A stretch of 60,552 bases of DNA from an uncultured virus (IMG/VR IMGVR_UViG_3300032893_000007) (IMGVR_UViG_3300032893_000007); one strand, 5' to 3'; positions 9,518-19,370 are shown, counted from the first letter of the stretch. The notes: a model not told the origin generated them from the sequence alone. Made by a program: numbers and translations.

Positions 9518-9798
9518 GTCGACCTACTTTCTTTCATCTTCTTCAACTCGAGAGCTATCGACAACGCCGAAGCCTTCCCGCCGTCGTCGAGGAGATCTTT
9601 CCGACCGCCGACCCACCCGCACCCCAAGCAGGCGACGTGATCCAGCTTCTTCCGGAAAACGTAGGTTCCGCACGCCGGGCAGAACCGGTAGTAGGCCATG
9701 AACCTCCTGCAGCTCGGGCACCCGGCGCAGGCGCCGCGACCGTTCTTGTGATGAGCTCGACGGTCTCCGCATACGCACTTGTCCGAATATACGATCAC
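9514..9798 (-). CDS. multi-Cys Zn-ribbon protein
   Basis: CVCG, CAGCPSC, CPAC, CLGC. Confidence 0.65.
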   Translation of the reverse strand: MIVYSDKCVCGDRRAHHKNGRGACAGCPSCRRFMAYYRFCPACGTYVFRKKLDHVACLGCGWVGGRKDLLDDGGKASALSIALELKKMKESRST

Positions 9799-9808
9799 TT
9801 CAAATTTC

Positions 9809-10186
9809 TCAGGCGTCGGCCGTCTTCGGCCAGGTGATACCTCGCGACGCCATGACGGTGACGAGCGTGGCCTGGTTCTCGAAGACGACGGACGAATAAA
9901 ATAGCTCGCTGCACTCAGCGTCGCTCGACTGCTCGTTCCAGATGGTCACGGCGCGTGCCCATTCTCGCTCGAATTCTCCGTCGGTCACGTCCTTGAAGTC
10001 GAGGTCGCGCGCGAGCTCGCGTGTTCGGACGGCCCAACCGTAGTTGAGGTTCTGGAGCCCCACGATCACGAGGCCGTCCGCGATCTTCGCCACGACGATC
10101 TCATCGGGGGTGAATCCAAGCCTCCGGAAGGCCTCGTGAACAGCTAGAGCCTCGCGCCAGACGGGATGCAGCTCACCGAGCTTCAC
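9809..10186 (-). CDS. hypothetical protein
   Basis: 125-aa ORF with GGAG RBS. Confidence 0.65.
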   Translation of the reverse strand: MKLGELHPVWREALAVHEAFRRLGFTPDEIVVAKIADGLVIVGLQNLNYGWAVRTRELARDLDFKDVTDGEFEREWARAVTIWNEQSSDAECSELFYSSVVFENQATLVTVMASRGITWPKTADA

Positions 10187-10383
10187 GTCGATCTACTCCC
10201 AAAACGAGCCAACCATGGCCGCGCGGAAATGAACTCCGGCAGCTCTTCGAGTCTGATCCCTCTTGAACGGCCGTCCATGAGATCCTTCAGGGCCTGCAGC
10301 TTGTCGTCCAGCACGTCAACCACGAGGACGCCGTCGGCCCGAATGTTCAACGTGACTTTCATGTCGTGATGCTCTCATCTCCT

Positions 10384-10701
10384 CTACTCGTTTTTCGTCT
10401 TCGAAGCTGAGCCGACCACGTACTCTCGACTCGCGACTTCCATGCCGGCCGCGGTGAGGGTCCAGACCGTGTGGACCTTGTCCCAACCGAGGCTGCTCGC
10501 GACGAGTCCCTGATCCTCGAGTCGCCTCAGGACGGCTCCTCCCTCCCTGGCGCGGTTGGTGGTCGTCTTGTCTGTCGGGTAGAGGTGCAGGCCGAGCTCG
10601 GAGCACGTCACCCCGTTGTGGCCACGGCTCGCCACGTACCGCACGGCCGCGAGGCTCGTGCTCGACGGCATTTTTTCGAGAATGCCAGGAGCTGAACTCA
10701 T
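10384..10701 (-). CDS. winged-helix DNA-binding protein
   Basis: TCSELG...VLRRLEDQGLV...WTLTAAG wHTH pattern. Confidence 0.65.
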   Translation of the reverse strand: MSSAPGILEKMPSSTSLAAVRYVASRGHNGVTCSELGLHLYPTDKTTTNRAREGGAVLRRLEDQGLVASSLGWDKVHTVWTLTAAGMEVASREYVVGSASKTKNE

Positions 10702-10927
10702 CTACGCGCTCTTCGTGTTCTCGATGGTGAGGAGCCTTGTACGGCACGCGTCCTGGAGGCTGCGAAGATCGCTGGGCTCCGCGCAGAACACAGTCTCCGT
10801 GCCGATGGCGTCGATCACCTTGAGGGTGGTCAAGATCCCGGGATGTCCCTGGTTGGCCGCGATGTCCGGCACCGGGATCAACTCGAACGACAGCATGCTT
10901 TCATCCTTTCGATTTTTGTGAAGAACG

Positions 10928-10966
10928 ATCTTCGCCCCGGCAGAACCAAGTGTCAACAAGGAAATT
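10928..10966 (-). promoter_or_regulatory. sigma70-like promoter, phage motif family
   Basis: TTGACA(10951-10956)-cttggttctgccggggc (17 bp)-GAAGAT. Confidence 0.65.
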
Positions 10967-10982
10967 TGGGGGCCGATCTTCT

Positions 10983-11768
10983 TCAGTCGAGGTGCCGCAG
11001 GTACCGCTCGCCCCACGGCAGCTGCAGGAAGAGGTGCAGGCAGAGGATCTCCTCGGCAGCCGGCACCGAGTAGTCGTGCACGCAGTAGGCTCGCCCCTCG
11101 TCGAGGTCGTAGAGCTGCCGGCGGAACTGGGCGAGTCGTCCCCGAGCGTGGCGCGAGGTCACCATGTACCGGTGGCCGGTACCCGCCCCGCTCGACACGA
11201 AGGAGTTGTGGCGGACGAAGTCCGCCATCTGCTCACCCGACAGGAAGACTCCCAGCACCTCGCGCGCGCGAATCTCCGCGTTGGGCAGTCTCGGCTCCGG
11301 GCACCCGAGCACGGGGCGCTTCACCGTCACGCCGGCCTTCGCCTTCGACTCCTCGGACCCGCTGAAAAGTGGAGTCGGCACATCACCGGCGACGCTCTTC
11401 GCCTCCTCCGGACGCTCGGTCTCCACGAGCTCGATGATGTGACCGTCCTCGAACTTCACCACGTCGACGGTGTCGCGTCCCCTGCCCATGGCCCTCGCCA
11501 CCACCTTCCTGACGTTGTCGAGCGAGGCGTCGAGGAGCACGCTGCCCCGGTCGGGGGCGAAGAGTCCGTCAGGACGCGACGCCTTCGTCTCCGGGAGGGC
11601 CACCGCCCCCCGCGGATTCCAGCTGCGGTCGGCCTTCTTCGCCAGAGCGTCGAGCGCCCCCCTCTCCGCCGCCGTGAGCTTCTCCCAGCTCACCCGGGTG
11701 AGCTTCTTCTCGAGCCTCGTGAGCCTCACGTCTCCGTAGAACGACGGAACGTACCATGTTGGGATCAT
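10983..11768 (-). CDS. conserved-looking hypothetical phage protein
   Basis: 261 aa; RPVLGCP, GxxTGHRY, YCVH motifs. Confidence 0.7.
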   Translation of the reverse strand: MIPTWYVPSFYGDVRLTRLEKKLTRVSWEKLTAAERGALDALAKKADRSWNPRGAVALPETKASRPDGLFAPDRGSVLLDASLDNVRKVVARAMGRGRDTVDVVKFEDGHIIELVETERPEEAKSVAGDVPTPLFSGSEESKAKAGVTVKRPVLGCPEPRLPNAEIRAREVLGVFLSGEQMADFVRHNSFVSSGAGTGHRYMVTSRHARGRLAQFRRQLYDLDEGRAYCVHDYSVPAAEEILCLHLFLQLPWGERYLRHLD

Positions 11769-12261
11769 CGGCGAGCACCTCCTGCAGTTGGGTTATCCGA
11801 GAGTCGACCGCATCCGTCGACAGTCCGGCATCATGCAACTCTTTTCGGGTCTGGCACAAGCTGGTGAGCGACGTCGCGACCTCCCTGTCGGCCTCGGCCG
11901 CCGCGCGGCGCTTCTGGAAATCGAGGAAAGGCTGCATCATCGTCACGATCTCGCGCAGGAAGTCCTGAGCCTCGCCCCCGCCGACCGCTCCCATGATGTT
12001 TCGTCCCACGATGACCTGGTTGGCCAGTCCGCCGTCATCGTTGTCCTCGGTCTGGTTGACGGCGTCCACGCGGCTCTCGGCGAGCATGCGGGAGAAAGCC
12101 GCGACCTGCTCGCTCATCTTCTTGATCTTGACGAATCGCCGCCGGTCGTCTCGGTCGCCGCAGAGCCGGCAGATCTCGTCCTCGTAGGCCTTAACGACGG
12201 GGTGGACCTCGTCGCTCTTTCTCGTGAGCATGAGCTGCTCCTGTATACTTGCGGTCGTCAT
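11569..12261 (-). CDS. hypothetical protein
   Basis: ORF with AAGGAG RBS; C-terminus overlaps next gene. Confidence 0.55.
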   Translation of the reverse strand: MTTASIQEQLMLTRKSDEVHPVVKAYEDEICRLCGDRDDRRRFVKIKKMSEQVAAFSRMLAESRVDAVNQTEDNDDGGLANQVIVGRNIMGAVGGGEAQDFLREIVTMMQPFLDFQKRRAAAEADREVATSLTSLCQTRKELHDAGLSTDAVDSRITQLQEVLADDPNMVRSVVLRRREAHEAREEAHPGELGEAHGGGEGGARRSGEEGRPQLESAGGGGPPGDEGVAS

Positions 12262-12644
12262 GACGGTGCGTTCTCCTTAGGGACTGACGTTTTCAGGACC
12301 TGAACGACCTGGGTGATCCACCGGTGCGCGGCTTTCAACCGTGCAGCGGGATCGGCCGGTTCGGCGGAACCGCGGTTCTCGTACAAAAACGCGAAGGCCG
12401 ACTGGTAGCGCTCAACCAGGTGCTTCTTAGACTGAACCACTTCCGCGATCTCCTCTACGATCGGCAGGTCGCGGAACAAGATCGAGACCTCGACGCTTTC
12501 CGCCTTCGCGGAGCCGAGTCGTCGCCTGGTCTTCGCCTTCCCCACCGCCACGACGACCGCGAAGATGGCCCAGAACCCTAGCCAGACCAACCATCCGGCG
12601 AGAAGGCCGATCGAGACTCCGCTCCAGAACGTGTATGAGATCAC
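12258..12644 (-). CDS. membrane protein with N-terminal TM helix
   Basis: Hydrophobic FWSGVSIGLLAGWLVWLGFWAIFAVVVAV; GTGA overlap. Confidence 0.65.
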   Translation of the reverse strand: MISYTFWSGVSIGLLAGWLVWLGFWAIFAVVVAVGKAKTRRRLGSAKAESVEVSILFRDLPIVEEIAEVVQSKKHLVERYQSAFAFLYENRGSAEPADPAARLKAAHRWITQVVQVLKTSVPKENAPS

Positions 12645-13099
12645 GGGAGCTCCTCGAAGCTCAACGTCATGGTGACTCCCGACAGCAGGCGGTTTCCGGT
12701 GAGCTTCCGGTAGGCCAGCGGGACGAGGTAGGACAGGTCCGGCACCACCTCGTATTGCGACAACGAGTTCCAGTTCCTGATCACGAGAGCCTCGCCGGTC
12801 GAGGGTACCTCGGGCAGCAGCACGAGCGGTTTTCCCGCGAGCCGACCGCAGAAGACTCCGAGGTCGTATTCGCCTTTTTTCTGTATGCGGACGAGCGGCT
12901 CGAGGTGCACCTGCTGTTCGGTAAGTCCAGTCTCCTCGCTTAGCTCTCGGCGAGAGGCGACGAGGAAGCTCTCGCCGTCCTCGACGCTTCCCCCGGGACC
13001 GTTGAGAAGTCCCTTTTGCCACTCCGGCCTCATCTTGCGGACAAGCAGGACGTTCTCGAGTCTCCCGTCAAATACGATGACAACCACGTACTTCTTCAT
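12641..13099 (-). CDS. Nudix hydrolase
   Basis: Nudix box GGSVEDGESFLVASRRELSEETGL. Confidence 0.9.
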   Translation of the reverse strand: MKKYVVVIVFDGRLENVLLVRKMRPEWQKGLLNGPGGSVEDGESFLVASRRELSEETGLTEQQVHLEPLVRIQKKGEYDLGVFCGRLAGKPLVLLPEVPSTGEALVIRNWNSLSQYEVVPDLSYLVPLAYRKLTGNRLLSGVTMTLSFEELP

Positions 13100-13138
13100 C
13101 AGATCACCCCTTCATGAGCTTCGAAAGCTCGCCGTCTC

Positions 13139-13684
13139 TTAGAGCGACTCCTCTAAGATCTTCGCCAGCTCCCTGCTCGCCTGGTTGAGGACGTCCGGAC
13201 TGTCGTGAAGCACGTACAGGACAGACGCGATGTTGGGACGGTTCACCATGCCGTAGCGGTCGGCGCGGATGTCGAACTGGATGATTTCGAGCAGCTTCGT
13301 GGCCACCAAGATCCTGTCGGCAGCCGTCCACTCGGTGGGAACAACGTACTGATTGTTGTGGGAGGCGGCATCGCAGTCGGGTACGGGCGCGGGATGCAGG
13401 TTGTGGACGGGGCAGTTCTGGGACGCGCCCGCCGGCGAGGTGTCTGGAGACTGACAACCACAGGAGGCCGGACAAACGCGCGCGGAACTGATGCTCGCGG
13501 CGATGTCGAAATGTTCCGCCCTGACGTAGGCATCTATCTGAGGCATCCTGAGCTTGAAGACGTAGAGCTCGTTCTCGTAGCGCAAGATCTGCGGGCGATC
13601 GGGGTCGTACTCAGGAACCTCGATCTCGGCCACCAGGCGAGGATGGGTCTTCACCGACGCGTCGTAGAGGCGGGCTGTGCGCAT
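13139..13684 (-). CDS. hypothetical protein
   Basis: ORF from MRTARLY; Cys/His cluster. Confidence 0.55.
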   Translation of the reverse strand: MRTARLYDASVKTHPRLVAEIEVPEYDPDRPQILRYENELYVFKLRMPQIDAYVRAEHFDIAASISSARVCPASCGCQSPDTSPAGASQNCPVHNLHPAPVPDCDAASHNNQYVVPTEWTAADRILVATKLLEIIQFDIRADRYGMVNRPNIASVLYVLHDSPDVLNQASRELAKILEESL

Positions 13685-13689
13685 GGTCG

Positions 13690-14295
13690 TCAACCCTTCT
13701 TGTCGAGAAGATCTCCCCAGACGAGGGCCGCCTTCATCATGGAGGTGAGCTGCTCGGCGATGACGTTGGGTAGCCATTCCGTCCCCACGACGAGTTTCAC
13801 GAAGGCCGGCTCCCTCTGCATCCACCAGGTGCAGAAGAGTCTCCACCCAGCAACGTCCGCCTCTACCACGGAGGCGAGCACCACCTCGTGGCAGTGCCTG
13901 GCGAGCTTGAGGGTGAAGCTCTGGCCGAGGTCTCTCCGCATGGCACAGAGGCGCTTGACGAAGATCAACCCGAGCCTCGCGAGCTTGGTCTGCGAGGTGT
14001 CGGCGTGCTCGAGGCACTCCGCCTCGAGAAGGAGCGTGCGCCTGAGCCGGGCGAGCTTCTCGCCCGGGACGAAGCGACGGTCGCGCGGGACGGAGGCCAT
14101 CATGGAGTAGGCCAGCGTGCTCTCGACCTGACCGGACTCGCAGGCGCGGCCGAGCAGCTCCTGGGCGGCGACGGCTGCCGCTCCCGCCGCCGCCACCTCC
14201 CTCACGAGCGCTCGCAGCGCCTCGAAGTGGGTGACGTAGAGGTGGGCGGCTGTCGGTACCGCGGTCATCTTCTCTTCGACTTTTTCGTTGTTCAT
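13690..14295 (-). CDS. hypothetical helical protein
   Basis: 201-aa ORF with AAGGA RBS. Confidence 0.7.
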   Translation of the reverse strand: MNNEKVEEKMTAVPTAAHLYVTHFEALRALVREVAAAGAAAVAAQELLGRACESGQVESTLAYSMMASVPRDRRFVPGEKLARLRRTLLLEAECLEHADTSQTKLARLGLIFVKRLCAMRRDLGQSFTLKLARHCHEVVLASVVEADVAGWRLFCTWWMQREPAFVKLVVGTEWLPNVIAEQLTSMMKAALVWGDLLDKKG

Positions 14296-14350
14296 CGTCG
14301 CGTCCTTCTTCCGTATGGAGTGGTTGGAAATAGGGGTCTATGTGCTCGGA

Positions 14351-14710
14351 CTACTTAACTCCGGCCCTCTGCAGCAGGAGACGGTCATGCGCCGGGACCT
14401 CGGCCCGCTTCATGAGGACTGCCGTCAGGTTGGCCGCCCTGGCCACCTCGCGCACCACGTTCGCGTCGTGGCTGACGCGGAGGACGTCTACCAGGGCCGT
14501 GGTGATCCCGCGGGCGAGCACGAGGTCAGGATCTTCGAGCCTCTTCCGATTCTTCCGCGGCTTCTGTCGAGAGGTCGCGTTCAGCTTGCAGGCGACGAGG
14601 TCGCCTAGCCTGTACGGGAGGTTCGTGCAGCTGTTGTACTGGTCAGCCACGGCGGCCGCCGCGAGGACGCCTCGCCGGAAGCTGACCGGGTCGAACTTCA
14701 TCTTGTTCAT
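14351..14710 (-). CDS. hypothetical protein
   Basis: ORF from MNKMKFD. Confidence 0.6.
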   Translation of the reverse strand: MNKMKFDPVSFRRGVLAAAAVADQYNSCTNLPYRLGDLVACKLNATSRQKPRKNRKRLEDPDLVLARGITTALVDVLRVSHDANVVREVARAANLTAVLMKRAEVPAHDRLLLQRAGVK

Positions 14711-14715
14711 GGAAG

Positions 14716-14778
14716 ATCCGTCCGGAAGACCCGACCGCTCTCGCGGTCGAGTCATCCGCCCGAGTGTGAATGGACGTC
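14716..14778 (-). other. intergenic RNA stem-loop with GAGA tetraloop
   Basis: Minus strand GACUCGACCGC-GAGA-GCGGUCGGGUC (one G-U pair), flanked by further pairing CGUCC/GGACG. Confidence 0.5.
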
Positions 14779-15333
14779 CTACCGCCGCTCCAGGTGCGAG
14801 AGCTGGGCCCAGCCGAACACGGCCGGCGTACCTGCCGGAACTCCCTCCAAGTCGAACTGTCGTTCGTCGACGAGCAGGACCCGCTTGATGCGGTTGTTTT
14901 CGCTGCGCTCGACCTCGCCCACTGCCAGTCCCGTGCCCTCGGGGATGAAGGCATACGAGCGCTGGGCGTCCACCTTGATGGAGACCTTGTCGCCGGTGCT
15001 GAGATCTTTGAGCTCGCCCCGGACGACCGGCTGCCAACCCCCCTCGACGAGCGCCTTGACCTCGCCGCGCCAGCCGTCGGCGTCCACCATGAAGTTTTTC
15101 AGGGAGGAGAGAACCTCGACCGGCACCCCGTAGAAGGTGGCCATGTCGGACACGTCCTTGATCACCGCATAAGCGTGCTCGGCCTTGGCCACGAGGCGCT
15201 CGGGCACCGTGAGTCGCTTGCGGGGCACGGAGGCACTTCCGCCGCCATCGGACGAAGAGGCCTGCGTGGAGGTGCTCGAGGCTGCTTCGGTTGTGGTTTT
15301 ACGATCTCTGTTCTTGTTGTTCTTCTTGCTCAT
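14779..15333 (-). CDS. hypothetical protein
   Basis: GAGGA RBS before MSKKNNK; possibly related to 40642-41142. Confidence 0.7.
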   Translation of the reverse strand: MSKKNNKNRDRKTTTEAASSTSTQASSSDGGGSASVPRKRLTVPERLVAKAEHAYAVIKDVSDMATFYGVPVEVLSSLKNFMVDADGWRGEVKALVEGGWQPVVRGELKDLSTGDKVSIKVDAQRSYAFIPEGTGLAVGEVERSENNRIKRVLLVDERQFDLEGVPAGTPAVFGWAQLSHLERR

Positions 15334-15972
15334 GCTGCTTTCCTCATGGGTGGGGGGTTTCGGGTCATGGCGCGAAGGGCATCTTTTCGAGCTCCTCGGG
15401 CCAAAATTCGCAGCGGGTAAAGTCCTCGAGCCTGACGCCGACCATCGGGAGTACGGGTGCTCGCGCAGGTACCGCAGGGTCATCAGTTGCGTGTTGGTCA
15501 ACGGCATTTTTTCACGTTCTTCTTTCGGGAGGAAGCTCGACACTCCCTCAGCATCATGCTGTCCACGTCGAAGCAGCGGACAACGCACTTGAGGTGCCAC
15601 CTGAAGGGTGATCTCAGCGGGTGGACCAGGCTCCGCCGCATGTCTCGAACCTGTCTGCCGCAACCCGGACAGATCGTGAGGAGCCGGGCGACCCAGTTGC
15701 CGATCTGGGTGACGGCTTCTTCCGTTAACTGCTCGCGTCGAGTAGGTCGTCGGTCGCGGAGCCGCGATAGGCGAGAGATCCTGAGCCAGAGGTTCTGCAT
15801 GTGGGTGCCGACTTCCTCGAAAGTCTTGGAGAAGAAGTCGTCATATTCCTGAGCGGCTCGGAATTCGTCCCACATCCTCGCGGCCAGCTGGCGCTCAGTC
15901 ATGTTCTTGTTCGGCACGTCGAGCTTCACGGCGCGACCCTCGGGAGACAGCCCGTACCTGGATCCGACCAGC

Positions 15973-16458
15973 TCACGCATTCCGAGGCTCCGTCGCCGGG
16001 GCATAGCCGACCTCCGAGTCCAGCGCTCGGGACTCCCACTTCATCCTCATGACCGACATTCCCTCGAACACCGTGACGCCGAACTTCGTGACGATTGCGT
16101 TCCATAAGTCGTTGGTACCCAGCCGCTCTACCGCACCGTCGCCGACGTGCACTGCCCAGTTGATCGGATTATGGCCGATCTCCTCGAGCTCTCTGGCGAG
16201 GTACCACATGAGCCTCTGAGGCTCCGTCAGGAGAGCGAGGAGCCGGACCATCTCGCGTCCGACCAGGCGGACCACGACGCCCGACGCGGAGTCCTCATCC
16301 AGCTTGCGAGCGCAGTCGAGGACGTCGCTGTCGCTGATGTGGCCGTCGTCCGTGACGACGTGAAGAAATCTTCCTCCCGCCACCGCCGGTTGCTCATGCA
16401 GGCAGCCGCTGAGGGTGTCCAGGTCGCGAAAGATCGCCCCGATCTTCTCACCGGTCAT
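15973..16458 (-). CDS. hypothetical protein
   Basis: 161-aa ORF with GAGGAG RBS. Confidence 0.7.
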   Translation of the reverse strand: MTGEKIGAIFRDLDTLSGCLHEQPAVAGGRFLHVVTDDGHISDSDVLDCARKLDEDSASGVVVRLVGREMVRLLALLTEPQRLMWYLARELEEIGHNPINWAVHVGDGAVERLGTNDLWNAIVTKFGVTVFEGMSVMRMKWESRALDSEVGYAPATEPRNA

Positions 16459-17191
16459 GGCCGGACTCCTCGAAGCTCCTCAAGAACGCCGCAGACAGGA
16501 AGCGCGGCTGCTTACTCGCGAACGAAGTCCGCAGGATCTGCGCCCTGACCTCGTCCCCGGCCCGCACGACGAGATCCTGAGACTCGTCGAGCAGGGTAGC
16601 CCTGTAGTCCCTCTCCGTGAAGCAGGTGGCCGCACTGGGAGCCCACAGGAGCTCTGCTCCCTTGACCTTGAGCGACCGCAGCTCGAAGTCGCCCGCCAAC
16701 GACGACGACACAACGTACTGGTCAAAGATCCAGCTGCCATTCAGAGGCTCGAAGGACACGGCGATCTCCTCCCCGGGCTCCACAACCCTCCACGCCGGCA
16801 GCGAGCACATGATGCCGAGGTGGAGGCGAGAACCGGCCGAGGTGCTCACCTCGAAACGGTCGTCTCGGACGACGAGACCCGCGACCTCGTCAAGCCACCT
16901 CTCGCACCTCTTCTTCGCGGCCCTCTGGTCGGCCGAAAAGAAGTTGAACTCCCGCTCTTGGGTGAGGTGCCCAAACTTGTACCAGGCAGTCGCCCTGTAC
17001 TTCGCCCACTCGGGAACATGGTGCTCCTGCCTCCGCCGTTCGTCGACGAAGCAGATCTCGGCGCCGGTGCCGTACAGCTGGTTCGAGTCGGTGAAGTAGT
17101 CGGTCTCCGTGCGGCCTCCGATCCCGACCATATCGTGGTTCCGCCGCCATCTCCGCTCACCGGTGCCGAGTGCTCTCGTCATGTTCCGCAC
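16448..17191 (-). CDS. two-domain protein: N-domain paralogous to 17291-17632 plus C-terminal beta-sandwich family domain
   Basis: TDYFTDSNQLYGTGAE...FGH...RCERWLDE, then VVEPGE...VVSS...FELRSLKV. Confidence 0.7.
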   Translation of the reverse strand: MRNMTRALGTGERRWRRNHDMVGIGGRTETDYFTDSNQLYGTGAEICFVDERRRQEHHVPEWAKYRATAWYKFGHLTQEREFNFFSADQRAAKKRCERWLDEVAGLVVRDDRFEVSTSAGSRLHLGIMCSLPAWRVVEPGEEIAVSFEPLNGSWIFDQYVVSSSLAGDFELRSLKVKGAELLWAPSAATCFTERDYRATLLDESQDLVVRAGDEVRAQILRTSFASKQPRFLSAAFLRSFEESGHDR

Positions 17192-17193
17192 CC

Positions 17194-17316
17194 TCAGGGC
17201 AGGTCGTCTTCGTCGTCGTCTTCGTCTTCGTCTTCGTCGTCGTCGTCCGGTACGGTACGGAAAGAAACCTCGAAAACTACTAGTGACAGGTCAGGTCGAT
17301 GATGGTTGCGCTTCAT
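17194..17316 (-). CDS. 40-aa peptide with poly-Asp/Glu tail
   Basis: MKRNHHRPDL...DDDDEDEDEDDDEDDLP; GAGGA upstream. Confidence 0.45.
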   Translation of the reverse strand: MKRNHHRPDLSLVVFEVSFRTVPDDDDEDEDEDDDEDDLP

Positions 17317-17632
17317 CTTTCGGTTCCTCCTCGTGCTTGTTTTTTCGGGACAGCGTCTCGTCGAGCCACTCCTCGCACCGTCGCTACGCCTCCGCGACGC
17401 TCCTCGCGTAGAACACGATCCTGCGTTCGTCCGTCTTGTGGCCAAAACACGTCCAGGCCGACGCCCAGTAGAACATCTCAGGAGGCACGTCGTCCTCCCG
17501 GCGCAGCTCGGCGTCCACCGGCGATACCTCGGCCCCCGAGCCGTAGACCTTACCCGAACCGGTCACGAAATCGGTCCCCACGCGGCCACGGACATCCTTA
17601 TGATCCCTGCAGTGACGCCACCTCCACTTCAC
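17291..17632 (-). pseudogene. paralog of the 16448 N-domain interrupted by in-frame TAG at 17384-17386
   Basis: ...VAEA*RRCEEWLDE aligns to ...RAAKKRCERWLDE in the neighbouring gene. Confidence 0.75.
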
Positions 17633-17642
17633 GGTACTCCTC

Positions 17643-18791
17643 CTACGAAGTGGACGTCGCAGTAGGGACTGTCCAGGCGAACGTTTTCGGATCGAAATCC
17701 CCCAAGATCTTGCGGGCCCTCCTGACCTCGGACGTCTTAGCGAACCGCGGATAGAAGACGCCTCGCTCGTTCTGCTCGACAGCCTCGTGAAGCTTCGTCA
17801 TCCATCGACGATCTTCGGGGTGCGGCCACGAGAGTTGAAGGAGCATCTCGGCGCGGGCGAACCCCAGGTCGGCAGCCTTCGCGTACTTCATCATGGCGAG
17901 GTTGTGTATTCCGAGCCGGTGGAAGCTATTTCCCAGGATCACGTCGCGCCAAGCCTCGTCGAAGTCGCAGATGCTATCGGGGACCTTATTGCAGAGCTCG
18001 ACCGCGAGCTCGGGATTCACGTCCGCGGCCTCGTCGGCGAGGTAGATGAGCAGGTGGGGGCTCGCGCCTCCTCCTTCCCTTAGAGTACGCGCATACTCCC
18101 GCAAAAGGACCTTGTAGTAGAGGAGTGGATCTCGTACTCCGCCGTCGCGCATGTCCCTCCACGTGAAGGTCAGGCATCCAATCCAGTTGTCGCACCCGCG
18201 ACACCAGTCGACGTTCTCGTGCATGACCTCGCGGAACCTGATCTTCGCGTCGTTGCGCCAGAGTCTCGTGTAGAGCTCCACGTGCTCGACCTCCCGCGGA
18301 GCCAAAAGCTCCTCACCCATCACCTCGCGGGGAGCTACCAGGATGTCGGCCTTCCTGAACTGGTCGTCCATCAGGTCGAGAACACCGGGGAGGCTCCCTC
18401 CGTCAACGAGCACGTCGTCGGCATCGAGCTTGAGAACGTACCGGCCCCGACACAGGTCGAGCCCCAGGTTGCGGGCGGCCGCCCAGTCGCGCAAGAGGTA
18501 TCTCGTCGTGACCTCGGGCACCTCGTAGGGTTCGTACTCCCCGGCGACGTCGCGGAAGTAGAGATCGGGCCTCGACCAAGGAGACACCGCGACCCCAGAG
18601 CAGGGTGCTCCTAGCCTCGCCGCGACCTCGGCCACGAAGTCGGGCGTCCCGTCCGTCGAGCCGGTGTCGACGCAGACGACCTCGGCCTCGCCGGGACGGA
18701 TACCAGCGAGGACCGACTCGAGGCCTCGCTCGACCACGACGGCGCCGTTTCTCACCATCAGGTGCACGGAGAGTCGGGGTCGGTCCGCCAT
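17643..18791 (-). CDS. family 2 glycosyltransferase with helical (TPR-like) C-terminus
   Basis: LSVHLMVRN, VDTGSTDGT, WAAARN, LDADD, MHE. Confidence 0.85.
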   Translation of the reverse strand: MADRPRLSVHLMVRNGAVVVERGLESVLAGIRPGEAEVVCVDTGSTDGTPDFVAEVAARLGAPCSGVAVSPWSRPDLYFRDVAGEYEPYEVPEVTTRYLLRDWAAARNLGLDLCRGRYVLKLDADDVLVDGGSLPGVLDLMDDQFRKADILVAPREVMGEELLAPREVEHVELYTRLWRNDAKIRFREVMHENVDWCRGCDNWIGCLTFTWRDMRDGGVRDPLLYYKVLLREYARTLREGGGASPHLLIYLADEAADVNPELAVELCNKVPDSICDFDEAWRDVILGNSFHRLGIHNLAMMKYAKAADLGFARAEMLLQLSWPHPEDRRWMTKLHEAVEQNERGVFYPRFAKTSEVRRARKILGDFDPKTFAWTVPTATSTS

Positions 18792-19114
18792 CACTGCCTC
18801 CGCTCGGCGGCCATCTCGCGGGCCGTCGCCACGATGGACTCCACCTGACGGCGCTGCGCGAGCGGCAGACGATCTAGGTCGACCTCGCTCGCCCTCCGAA
18901 GCGTGGTGTCCTCGCAGAAGGCGAGCAGGGTCCCGCACGCGATGCAGATGGTGAGCTCTCCCTCCCGGACCCACCTCTCGGCTCCCTCTCCTATCACCGC
19001 GACGGCGTTGAGGGTATCGCGGCACTCGGGGCATCTCGCGGGCGGCAGCTTCTGGGGGCCGCGGTACGCGAGCGTGGCCTGCTGGGTCGCCTGCCTGTAC
19101 GTGTTCTCGTTCAT
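18791..19114 (-). CDS. Zn-ribbon protein
   Basis: CPEC...CIAC. Confidence 0.65.
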   Translation of the reverse strand: MNENTYRQATQQATLAYRGPQKLPPARCPECRDTLNAVAVIGEGAERWVREGELTICIACGTLLAFCEDTTLRRASEVDLDRLPLAQRRQVESIVATAREMAAERRQ

Positions 19115-19365
19115 GTTCGTTCTCCCCTCTCGTCCTCTTCGTCCGAGCTTCGATGCTCGCGCTTCGCCGCGAGGGTCTGATCGGCGACGAGCTCGCGGAG
19201 CTCGTCGTGAACCTTGCCGGTGAGGAGCGCCACGGCCGCATCGACATCGTCGGCGGCGCACCGAACGTCCTCTCCGTGCTCGACGACGCTGAGCGCCTCC
19301 TGCACGCAGTGGCGCGCCTGCTCGAGCGTCCTCCTCAGGGTCACGCGGCGGTCTTTTTTCGTCAT
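19111..19365 (-). CDS. hypothetical protein
   Basis: GAGGAG RBS before MTKKDRR. Confidence 0.55.
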   Translation of the reverse strand: MTKKDRRVTLRRTLEQARHCVQEALSVVEHGEDVRCAADDVDAAVALLTGKVHDELRELVADQTLAAKREHRSSDEEDERGERT

Positions 19366-19370
19366 CGACG

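Noticed and set aside
14779..15663. Single 294-aa ORF as given in the track
   Set aside because: It overlaps the 15498 gene and has an internal RBS and ATG at 15333; the upstream part looks like a separate small or decayed gene.
17384..17386. Genome-wide TAG recoding
   Set aside because: TAG ends genes normally elsewhere (polB at 54958, AAA ATPase at 49983 with the next start immediately after, 36075); only one clear internal TAG was seen.
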